From positions 394,310 through 458,309 of the forward strand of contig NMRA01000355.1 of assembly GCA_002633005.1 (NCBI GenBank): DNA of 64,000 nucleotides. Direction: 5' to 3'. The translations under genes and the position numbers were made by a program. Positions 52,738-63,120 of the stretch are shown here, piece after piece; positions within the stretch are counted from its first letter, which is position 1, and every line of letters begins with the position of its first letter. The notes beneath the pieces were generated by a model. It worked only from the letters and a program-made list of their open reading frames with translations. It had not been told where the DNA came from and searched no databases. The stretch is from Phoronis australis. Taxonomy: Eukaryota; Animalia; Phoronida.

Positions 52738-53994
52738 GTAATTAAAACGGGAGAGAAATAACTGAGTTCAGTGTCACTCTGAATACAGCTTACTTTGGTA
52801 ATATAGTTACTTAACCAAACAAGTTAAAATTCTAAGCATGGAATTAGAATTCTCGCGGGGACCCATAGATTTTAGGGTTAGAGGTAGCGACCCCGTTGAG
52901 CTTTCATAGGACTAGTCGCGAGAATGTGAATTTCCAGTCGTCCACGCGACTGAATTTTGATCGATCGAGTTTAGTTGTCAAATTTTATTGCTTACGAAAA
53001 ATTGCTTGTGGATTTATTTGCGTTGCTAAGTGTGTGTGTGTGGGTGGGTGGGTGGGTTTTGGGTGGGCGCGCGCGCGTATATGTACATGTATGCATGTGC
53101 ATATTATTGCTGTTTCGTATTGTTTCTGTAAAAATTCATTTGTGCAATGTTTACCTGATGCCCGGTTGCATGAAATAGTCCCAATTTAGGGACTCAACAA
53201 AGATCCCTAAATCTACTGTGTATTTTTGAACTTGTGGAAACAGCGATTGCCCTTTCTTGTATTGTTTTAGTTTCATTATTAAGTTATATTTTCACTTTGA
53301 TACCAATCGAAAGTCAACTCTACGTGAAATTGTCAATGTAATCGGAAATAATTAGGGATCTTTTCATGCAACACCCCAGTTTAAGGACTAAGTCCGTATC
53401 TATTTTCAATGAAATCTGGGTTCAGTTTTTATTCATATTATTAGAGAAAGTCTTTAAACAAAGAGAAGAGGGGATCTTAGTAAAGATCAAGTGTTCCAAT
53501 GGCGATCTACGTTTTCAGTAAGGGGGGTTTAGGATTCCCGCAAAGGTCGAATCCGAGGCGCGTGGCGCCGAGCGGGAGGAGGTTGGAATGGGGGGCTCCT
53601 CCCTACCGTGTTAGACAATTTTTTGTTTTTGTTGCCAAATGGTGAAATTTCCATGCATCCTGGTAACTTTCTGGCACTTAACATGTCTCTGGAGTTTTTC
53701 TTAAGATAATTTAAAACCCTTCTCGATTTCGTCACATGAACTTGGGTCATAAGTTTCGTGAAACCATATTGAGTTTTGATCGATCGAGTTTAGTTGTCAA
53801 ATCGAGCCTAATTTTATTGCTTCCGAAAAATTGCTTGTGGATTTCTTTGCGTTGCTAAGTGTGTGTGTGGGTGTGTGGGTGTGTGCGTATATGTACATCT
53901 ATGCATGTGCATATTATTACTGTTTCAGTTTTTATTCATATTATTAGAGAAAGTCTTTAAACAAAGAGAGGCTCTCACTAAAGATGAAGTCTTC

Positions 53995-56700
53995 CAGTGG
54001 CGGATCTACGTTTTCAGTAAGGGGGGTTTAGGATTCCCGCAAAGGTCGAATCCGAGGCGCGTGGTGCCGAGCGGGGCGAGGTCGGGAGGGGGGTCCCCGG
54101 CCCCCCCTACCGTGTTAGACAATTTTTGTTTTTCTTGCCAAATAGTGAAATTTCCATGCATCCTGGTAAGTTTCTGGCACTTAACATGTCTCTTAAGATA
54201 ATTTAAAACCCTTCTCAATTTCTTCACATGAACTTGGGTCATAAGTTTCGTGAAACCATATTTGTGTACATCTGGGTATGAGTCACGCCACCAGCAAAAA
54301 TTGTTGTTGGAACATTTGCTTACACACACCTTTTTTACCATACGAAAAGTCGTATACGAAAATGTGGGGCGTGTATACAGGGGTTTAGACAACTACCAAA
54401 TATTCAAGAGCATAAGGAGCACCGACGGGGCATAAAAAACTTGAATATCAAATGATCGCACAACAGCAGCCTCAAGTTGTTTAAGAACGAAGACCTGTAC
54501 TGTTAGTCCGGAAATAAACATGTGTTCTGTCTCGTTACGAGAAAAACTGGCGAACGATGGTGCTCTCAGCTCATAGTCTATTATTAAAAGCGACAGTAAA
54601 CAATTATGTATCACTTTATTAAGATGAATCACGTTGACAACAATTGAAAAACGTCAAATGTATCATAAAACGAACCATCTGAAAACAGTTTCACGAAACC
54701 AAAACATTCTGTACACCGTGGTGAAAAGATTTACAGGACCAGTTCGCAGAGGGACCAGGTGTACACTGAGAGTACACAAAAAGGCTGACCTGGTACGTCA
54801 CGAGACCAAAAGTACACCTGTGATTATTATCCCTATAAAAATAGTCGATCCGTCGCGCGACCAAACAGTACTGGCTGAGATAAATAGTTTTTCAAAGCAC
54901 AAGTTGGTAAAAAACATCACAAGACTAGTTCGCCGAGGGACCAGAAGTACACTGAAACTCAATATCTACACAAATCAAGCTGGCCTGGTCCGTCGCGAGA
55001 CCTTAAGTGTTCCCTGCAAAAATTTTGAATTGAAAACTTCTATCTAAACACTTTTTAATCCCCAGTTGTTGCTCATTCATGTATTTTACAGATCTGGTGG
55101 TCAATTGCTGCGAGATGTTGTCTAGGAAAGGTTTTCGCACGGTTCTGTAGTACTCACTGGAAGAAACAAATATTAAGTACAGATTTAACTGCTCATTACG
55201 TGAAATAGATTTTGGACATGAAGAAGATAGAGCCAAGTGGAAATACAAACCAGAATCAGTTTATGTGCGCTCGTAGACCCTCGGCTGTACTGGGAAAATT
55301 TAGCATGACCACAAATAATTTCTATTTCGTTTTATTGTACACACAAGCATAAAAAACCGACATTATATACGAACTGTAGAATTATAATTTATTACCTGGG
55401 TGTTTCTCCAGGAACGTTAGTCCTATCCTCCTGTTGTCTAGACTGCCGAGGAATCTGTATATCGGATCCAATGGTTTGCTCGTCTTAGAATCATTCTACC
55501 CAGATATCTTCGATGTTTGTTACCAACGCTTGCACTTCGTCAACTGCTGTGTCAATGAGCTTGTAAGCCTCTACAACGTTAGCATCTCGTTTCGCAGATC
55601 AGTTGGCACTAAGCCTCCTGAGGTTACCAAGTCCATTCAAAAGACTTACATGCGCAACTAAATTTGATCCGTTCACCATGGACTACTTCAAAACTTGACG
55701 ATGTATCCCAGGACCTATTTCCATCTCTTGCAATTTTCGAAATAAACGCCCCAATGTCTGAACGTTTGAAACCCGAAGTATTAACATCAAATAAATGCCA
55801 ATGGGCATGGGCGTTCCATCGGGGGGGCGGGCTTTCTGCGGAAATTCCCAGTATAGAAGACGGCATTGGTGCTTATTGCAGGTAGAAAAACGGTAGGTGG
55901 TGAGGTCGGAACTAGGGCTTCTCAGGAGGCCTACTGAACATCGCACGAGTCTCGCAAGACTTTGTTGTGAAAGTACAGCCTCCCCGCAACTTCTGATAAT
56001 GTACACTGTTCGCGAATGCGGTCACTTTGTCAATGTGAGGGCCCCCTTGGTCATTCCTTGTGTAGGCATAACTTGTTATTAGTTTGCACCTTCAAACGGA
56101 CTCGCTACCAGACCACGGTGCCCGCCACAATAGCAATTCTTCGGAAAACGAGTTTTTTTTCAAAAATATTACATGTACATGTACACTGTATGATATTGCG
56201 CAAGACAATTTTACTATACACCAGTCAAATTCGAGTTGCAAACGTTTGGAGTGTAATAGCATGACACGACATGACAGATGAGATAAAAACGTTGCACGTC
56301 AATTTGCCTGAATACCAGGGTTGTGGCACCACAGTATTTTCCCTAATCAAACCAAAACATATCTTAGAGTAAAGAAGCTAGTTACCTAAAGAAATCAGCT
56401 ATAGAGCTGCTCTTTCAGCGGTGGATCCATCTAAACTGTTTGACTACTTTAGAAGTGTCGACGGAAGCGCGCGCACAATTGATCTCCGCGTGTTTTGCCG
56501 ATGAGCCACGAAGACTCGAAATGCGTTGATTTTCATAACAGCAATTCACAATGCAAAAAATTTTCAGAGTGAACCCCCTTCAATTTTTTCCAAGTTGGTT
56601 TTCTTATGCTTTACACACGCTGGCGGTGCCGTTCATTTTTGCGTCCTGGCCCAAGGGGGGGTTAAACCCCATGAATCCCCCACCCGTAGACCCGCCACTG
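53995..56700 (-). mobile_element. Decayed hAT transposon with both TIRs (unit B copy)
   Basis: TIRs CAGTGGCGGATCTACG and CGTAGACCCGCCACTG (15/16 match). Minus-strand remnants NVVEAYKLIDTAVDEVQALVTNIEDIW, IQIPRQSRQQEDRTNVPGETP, EYYRTVRKPFLDNISQQLTTRS and AVVRSF..LLNIW resemble ZMYM1/PRKRIR-like hAT transposases. No clean 8-bp TSD seen. Confidence 0.75.
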
Positions 56701-58716
56701 GAAGTGATAGAAAAGTATTGCATCTGTGAGTCCATAAAGACACAAATACGCCAAAAGACATTGGGACCTTAGTTGAGTCCCTATTTGGGACTGTTTCATG
56801 CAACCAGCCACCGATGCCCACGGACTCAATTTAAGTGATAAGCGGCATTGTTACCTATGACATTTACCTGTGCTCGTGAAATAAAATTAATCAATTTAAA
56901 GTTTTCCTTGTAAAAGAATGTAATATTTTGTGTAACCGAGAAAGTTCTTGTTTTTGGCGGAATGTCGCCTTTCCGTTAACCACTTTTGCCACTCATGAAA
57001 TTGACATACCCTCATATACCATTGTGATTTCCTTCGCGACATTCCTACATTTTTTATTCGACTAGAAAGAAAGAATAAGGTGTTCGTGAGTTTTTGAGGT
57101 ACACGATATTAAAAAACAGATATTGCACGCTTTTGGATGTTACGCCAACAGTAATATCCTGTTCCACAAGAAAACGTGGCCAGGAATTTTTGTGTGTCAC
57201 GGCAAGTGTTTTCACATGGACCAATTAAGGTGCCACCTTTTTATCCGTATGTCCTTCTTTTCAACTGCGTTGTCCCGCTTGTTAATTCTTGTATCTTGGC
57301 ATCTATGCAACAGGTGTTCCAAATAGTATTGTCTCTTTCATATGAAAATATACCTTCCACAGTCCACTTTCTTTAGTAACGGAACAATCGTAAAATGTGT
57401 TCCAATGTCTCTGGTTTACTGTATTACTATTACTATTACTATTGTTTACTCGATCAAGAAATGAGTTAATTTCTAAATGTCTTCGTATAGTCCTAGTACA
57501 TTGCAGCCAATGTAATCAGCTATTCACAGTACATTTCAGAGCTACGCAACTGGTGTTTGCCCTTTTTTATCTGTCAGAATATGTTTACTGCAAATTATAC
57601 GCATAAGTAGTTGGAATAATCACATTTTTTGTAAATTTTGTTGCAATCTGAATTTTTACTAAAGAACGTAATTGTATCAAACAGCATCAAAGGTCCAATT
57701 AAAATATTGAGATGTATAACTTCGGATTAGTGTCTGATTAAATTCTCCACAGCAACTGTGGTAAATCCATATTCTAAAATTTTTATCTTTATCATTAAAA
57801 TCCTTTTGAAACCTTGGTTTAATAAGTCATTTATAGAATGTCTACTTCTGTGGTTCATTTCCGCTTTGTGTCATTGATATAACTTAAATCGTTTGATTTT
57901 ACAAGTTAATTAGTTAACTAAGTAATTAATTAATCAATATATTAGTACATGAAGGACTTCATTATTACATTTATTGATATTTGCTTCTATTAAAACCAAA
58001 CACTAGCAATCACCTGCAGGCAATCTTCCGTTTCACATTGTTTGAAATAGTCCAATAACATACGAATTTTTTTCGGAAGAAGTTTTCAATGGTAACAGTT
58101 CTTAATTTATTTCATTTCTGCGTAACATAAATTCAACCCCAAGCCTTATATTTTCTTGCAGCAAACAACAACGGATCAATCAAACTCAAACAAGTCCCAT
58201 GCATGCATCGCCTGTGATAAACGTTGTCATTCCATTCTTACAGTTTTGGTAATGACAAATATACTTCGTCATCGTGAAAAGTGTTGAAGAGTGGTTGTTA
58301 AAGCCATGTACCACGGTTTACAAAAATGCAATCATGCACTGTGATTTGACTGGAAAAGGAAATACACGGACGAGATTTCAAATTCATGTTTACAAATGTT
58401 GTTGATATCGCTTGAAATGTCTACAGACCCATCATTTGGATGATTACCATTCTTTGGAGGTGTTTGTTTTAGAACTAGCCAAATTATGCAATCAACTTAA
58501 CGTAAGTGGAAGGTGACCGTACAAATATAAAATGTATGATTATAATTTGAGTGTTACCTCGTGAAAGCCATTTGCTTACTCGTGCTGTGTGAAGTCTTTT
58601 AAATCTAACATTGCCTTATTCTCCCGTGATTTTTAATTATGGGACCCCCAATTCACATTGGAGATTCAAAGAAGATACAAAAACATTTTGAAATGAAAGA
58701 ACTTTGAGAGATATTA

Positions 58717-59551
58717 ATGCTGGCCCAACTCTTTTCAGCTCAACTTGACGATGAGGAACAACGGTTGGCGTCAGAACTACGGAAACTTTCTGAAGAAGAT
58801 AGGGGTTCAGTGTTAGGTGGTAAGATACTTCAAAAAATGGGTGATGTTTACATGAAGCGAGGCTTATTGCAGGAATGTGCACAGCATTTTGTTACGACCT
58901 CAGCGTTATACAATGCTGCGTTAATGCGATATAATGAGTCTGGGATGAAACATCAAGTTGAAGCGTCAATGGAACAAAATGAACGAGCATTCTACAATAT
59001 GATTTCAATATCAAATCATAAAATTCCAATGGAGTTTAGGTGTGAAATCAAAGAAGAATTGGACAGCATCAGGAAAAATATTACTCCGACAGCAAATCAG
59101 GTACTAGACAACTTTGCTAAAAACTTAAACTTGGAAGCCGGAAATGAAGAAAGAGTGATGGTGGAAAGGGGATTTGTTAAGGAAACGAGGAATGCTTTTG
59201 AAGGTTTGTGTACCAATTTGAAAGGATTTCACAACAGTCTTCTATCAAAATGTCAAAGTATATTGGGCCCACCCCCCCAGGAATACTCTGCCATAGCCAT
59301 GGGATCATTAGCAAGGGGAGATGCTACACCTTATTCAGACTTGGAGTGGGCCATTTTGGTAAAAGATGATACCCAAGATCTCGAGTACTTCAGAAACATG
59401 GTTCGACTTATGCACATATTCGTTTTAAACATTGGAGAAACAAATCTGAGGACCATGAATATTAAATCACTCAATGATTATTTCACACCTGGTGGGAACT
59501 GGTTCAGTGACACTGTTGTAGTTAGGGGTGTGGAGTTCGACAGTGCTGCGC
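58717..59551 (+). CDS. N-terminal part of NTase-TPR protein (helical/TPR-like start plus Pol-beta-type NTase motif), cut at a contig join
   Basis: ORF MLAQLFSAQL...YSAIAMGSLARGDATPYSDLEWAILV...GVEFDSAA; ends at N 59552, after which 58825-59551 is repeated. Confidence 0.8.
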
Positions 59552-59564
59552 NATACTTCAAAAA

Positions 59565-62162
59565 ATGGGTGATGTTTACATGAAGCGAGGCTTATTGCAG
59601 GAATGTGCACAGCATTTTGTTACGACCTCGGCGTTATACAATGCTGCGTTAATGCGATATAATGAGTCTGGGATGAAACATCCAGTTGAAGCGTCAATGA
59701 AACAAAATGAACGAGCATTCTACAATATGATTTCAATATCAAATCATAAAATTCCAATGGAGTTTAGGTGTGAAATCAAGGAAGAATTGGACCGCATCAG
59801 GAAAGATATCACTCCGACAGCAAATCAGGTACTAGACAATTTTGCTAAAAACCTAAACTTGGAAGCCGGAAATGAAGAAAGAGTGATGGTGGAAAGGGGA
59901 TTTGTTAAGGAAACGAGGAATGCTTTTGGAGGTTTGTGTACCAATTTGAAAGGATTTCACAACAGTCTTCTATCAAAATGTGAAAGTATATTGGGCCCAC
60001 CCCCCCAGGAATACTCTGCCATAGCCATGGGATCATTAGCAAGGGGAGATGCTACACCTTATTCAGACTTGGAGTGGGCCATTTTGGTACAAGATGACTC
60101 CCAAGATCTCGAGTACTTCAGAAACATGGTTCGACTTATGCACATATTCGTTTTAAACATTGGAGAAACAAATCTGAAGACAATGAATATTAAGTCACTC
60201 AATGATTATTTCACACCTGGTGGGAACTGGTTCAGTGACACCGTTGTAGCTAGGGGAGTTGAATTTGATAGTGCTGCGCCTTTTGCTTGCAAAACGCCAC
60301 TTGGAAGGCCTGACAGACTTGAAAGACCAGGCATAGAATTGATAAAAACGCCCAAACACATGGCTGCAATATGCGAATGTGAAACCGCCGTTAAGGAGGG
60401 TTATAACTTCGATCGCGTATTGACTGTTACAACCAAACTCCGTGGGGATGATCAGCTTTTTGAAAAGTTCAGACAGCTCAGAGCATATAATCAGGCTAAG
60501 AAAGACTCGCGCAGGAAGTACATTCAGGATATCCGTAATGTAGTGGATGAGTTCTTACCACAACTGAGTTTTCACAGGGATGACGCAGCAACTCATGACA
60601 TTAAAAAAGAGATGTTGCGGTTGCTGACTTTGGTTGTCGTTTTACTGAAACCGTTATTCAGTTTGAATAATGATTTTATTTGGGACACTATAGATGAGAT
60701 GATATCTGAATCCATATTGACATCCGATGGAGGGCATAATTTGCTTGTGGTCATTTCCATCGTGGCCCTTTTCAGACTCGTAATGTACTGTAGTAAAGAA
60801 AGACAGCACGAAGTGTTCGTTTTATTTGGAAACTCAAACTCATCTGAGCTGGGGAAATCTACCGTACCAGGATATAACAGATACAAGCATTTGTTTATTC
60901 GATGTTATTATTCGATGTTACCATTAGCTAATTTTGTAAGAAGTAAACAGTTAGTAGAGGCACGTACCAAGCGACAAATAGATGACATGTTTTATGAAAG
61001 AAATCATTTAACAGAAGGTTTAATTGAATTATTCAGCCTCTCCAACGAACGTGCCCGAGAACAATTTTTTGCTCACATTGAATCAGTTTCTGCAAATCCA
61101 CACAAAAGAGAAAGGGAGGACGTAGTAGTTCAGCAAAAAGGAAAGGATATTTTCTGTGACCACACAAACAGTACAGTATGGCTGTGCCTCTTCAATATCG
61201 GTAAAACCTACGAGGCAGAACAAAAGTTCAAAGAAGTTTTGAAATATAACTTGCATGCTTTCAGTCTTATCTCGCGGAAACACGTCACAAAAAGCAGACT
61301 CCCAGCTCATAACTATGGTGAGCAGGAGATTCCGGATATTTTGAAGACGATTAAAAGCATGCACGAAACGAACAAACGCGAGTTGAAGTATAGGGAATAT
61401 GATGATGATGAATTTGTGCGCATCACACATATTCTTGGAGCTACGGGGAATGTGTGTTCAAGTATGGATATGAACAACTGGGCCTTGCAATATCATCAAG
61501 ACTCACTGAATATGATGAAGAGAATACACGGTGATGGTGATCATCCCAACATTGCCACAAGTTTGCATAATATTGGGGATGTATATAACAACATGTGTAA
61601 GTACGACCTGGCGTTGCAGTACTATCAAGACTCACTGAGTATGAAAAGGAGGATACACGGTGATGGTGATCATCCCAGCATTGCCACAAGTTTGCATAAT
61701 ATTGGGGATGTATATAAGGACATGTGTAAGTACGACCTGGCGTTACAGTACTATCAAGACTCAGTGAGAATGAAGAGGGGGATACACAGTGATGGTTATC
61801 ATCCCCGTATTGCCTCAAGTTTGCATAATGTTGGGGATGTATATAACAACCTGTGTAAGTACGACCTGGCGTTACAGTACTATCAAGACTCACTGAGTAT
61901 GGAGAGGAGGATACACGGTGATGGTGATCATCCCAGCATTGCCACAAGTTTGCATAATATTGGGGATGTATATAAGGACATGTGTAAGTACGACCTGGCG
62001 TTACAGTACTATCAAGACTCACTGAGTATGGAGAGGAGGATACACGGTGATGGTGATCATCCCAGCATTGCCACAAGTTTGCATAATATTGGGGATGTAT
62101 ATAAGAACATGTGTAAGTACGACCTGGCGTTACAGTACTATCAAGACTCACTGAGTATGTAG
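59565..62162 (+). CDS. DUF294/GlnD-GlnE-like nucleotidyltransferase plus helical domain plus TPR array, copy B (~905 aa with the 40 N-terminal residues from 58717; frame continues past TAG 62160 and TGA 63051 to 63137)
   Basis: Intronless ORF with signature hGS-x10-DhEh (MGSLARGDATPYSDLEW), downstream GVEFD...CKTPLGR, a DUF294_C-like helical segment (HDIKKEMLR...IWDTIDEM...LLVVISIVALFRL), then 43-aa TPRs. Confidence 0.85.
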   Translation: MGDVYMKRGLLQECAQHFVTTSALYNAALMRYNESGMKHPVEASMKQNERAFYNMISISNHKIPMEFRCEIKEELDRIRKDITPTANQVLDNFAKNLNLEAGNEERVMVERGFVKETRNAFGGLCTNLKGFHNSLLSKCESILGPPPQEYSAIAMGSLARGDATPYSDLEWAILVQDDSQDLEYFRNMVRLMHIFVLNIGETNLKTMNIKSLNDYFTPGGNWFSDTVVARGVEFDSAAPFACKTPLGRPDRLERPGIELIKTPKHMAAICECETAVKEGYNFDRVLTVTTKLRGDDQLFEKFRQLRAYNQAKKDSRRKYIQDIRNVVDEFLPQLSFHRDDAATHDIKKEMLRLLTLVVVLLKPLFSLNNDFIWDTIDEMISESILTSDGGHNLLVVISIVALFRLVMYCSKERQHEVFVLFGNSNSSELGKSTVPGYNRYKHLFIRCYYSMLPLANFVRSKQLVEARTKRQIDDMFYERNHLTEGLIELFSLSNERAREQFFAHIESVSANPHKREREDVVVQQKGKDIFCDHTNSTVWLCLFNIGKTYEAEQKFKEVLKYNLHAFSLISRKHVTKSRLPAHNYGEQEIPDILKTIKSMHETNKRELKYREYDDDEFVRITHILGATGNVCSSMDMNNWALQYHQDSLNMMKRIHGDGDHPNIATSLHNIGDVYNNMCKYDLALQYYQDSLSMKRRIHGDGDHPSIATSLHNIGDVYKDMCKYDLALQYYQDSVRMKRGIHSDGYHPRIASSLHNVGDVYNNLCKYDLALQYYQDSLSMERRIHGDGDHPSIATSLHNIGDVYKDMCKYDLALQYYQDSLSMERRIHGDGDHPSIATSLHNIGDVYKNMCKYDLALQYYQDSLSM

Positions 62163-63120
62163 AGGAGGATACACGGTGATGGTGATCATCCCAGTATTGC
62201 CCCAAGTTTGCATAATATTGGGGATGTATATAACAACATGTGTAAGTACGACCTGGCGTTACAGTACTATCAAGACTCACTGAGTATGGAGAGGAGGATA
62301 CACGGTGATGGTGATCATCCCAGTATTGCCACAAGTTTGCATAATATTGGGGATGTATATAAGAACATGTGTAAGTACGACCTGGCGTTACAGTACTATC
62401 AAGACTCACTGAGTATGGAGAGGAGGATACACGGTGATGGTGATCATCCCAGTATTGCCACAAGTTTGCATAATATTGGGGATGTATATAACAACATGTG
62501 TAAGTACGACCTGGCGTTACAGTACTATCAAGACTCACAGAGTATGGAGAAGAGAATACACGGTGATTTTGATCATCCCAGTATTGCAATTAGTTTGCAT
62601 AATTTTGGGGATGTATATAAGAACATGTGTAAGTACGACCTGGCGTTACAGTACCATCAAGACTCACTGAGTATGAAAAGGAGGATACACGGTGATGGTG
62701 ATCATTCCCGTATTGCCTCATGTTTGCATAATATTGGGGATGTATATGAGGACATGTGTAAGTACGACCTGGCGTTACAGTACTATCAAGACTCAGTGAG
62801 CATGAAGAGGACGATACACGGTGATGGTGATCATCCAAGTATTGCCACAATTTTGCTTAATTTTGGGGATGTATATAAGAACATGTGTAAGTACGACCTA
62901 GCGTTACAGTACTATCAAGACTCAGTGAGCATGAAGAGGAGGATACACGGTGTTGGTGATCATCCCAGTATTGCCACAAGTTTGCATAATATTGGGGATG
63001 TATATAAGAAGATGTGTAAGTACGACCTGGCGCTACAGTACTATCAAGACTGAGAGAGTATTGAGAGGAGGATACACGGTGATGGTGATCATCCCAGTAT
63101 TGCAATTAGTTTGCGTAATG
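61473..63120 (+). repeat. Coding tandem array of ~12.8 x 129-bp (43-aa) TPR units, copy B
   Basis: Same consensus as array A; TAG in unit 6 and TGA in unit 13. Confidence 0.95.

Noticed and set aside
61441-62589. 382-aa minus-strand ORF (WDDHHHRVSSSPYSVSLD repeats) and similar ORFs at 35256-35900
   Set aside because: Antisense shadow of the TPR array; one stop-free unit repeated gives a long frame automatically.
61473-63120. Diversity-generating retroelement (adenine-specific mutagenesis) acting on the TPRs
   Set aside because: Many variant codons differ at A positions (AAC/AGC/GGC, ACA/GCA/TCA/CCA), but others change C or G (ACA/ATT, AAG/TTC). No DGR-type reverse transcriptase or separate template repeat is in the window; the RT remnants present are ordinary LINE and Penelope debris.
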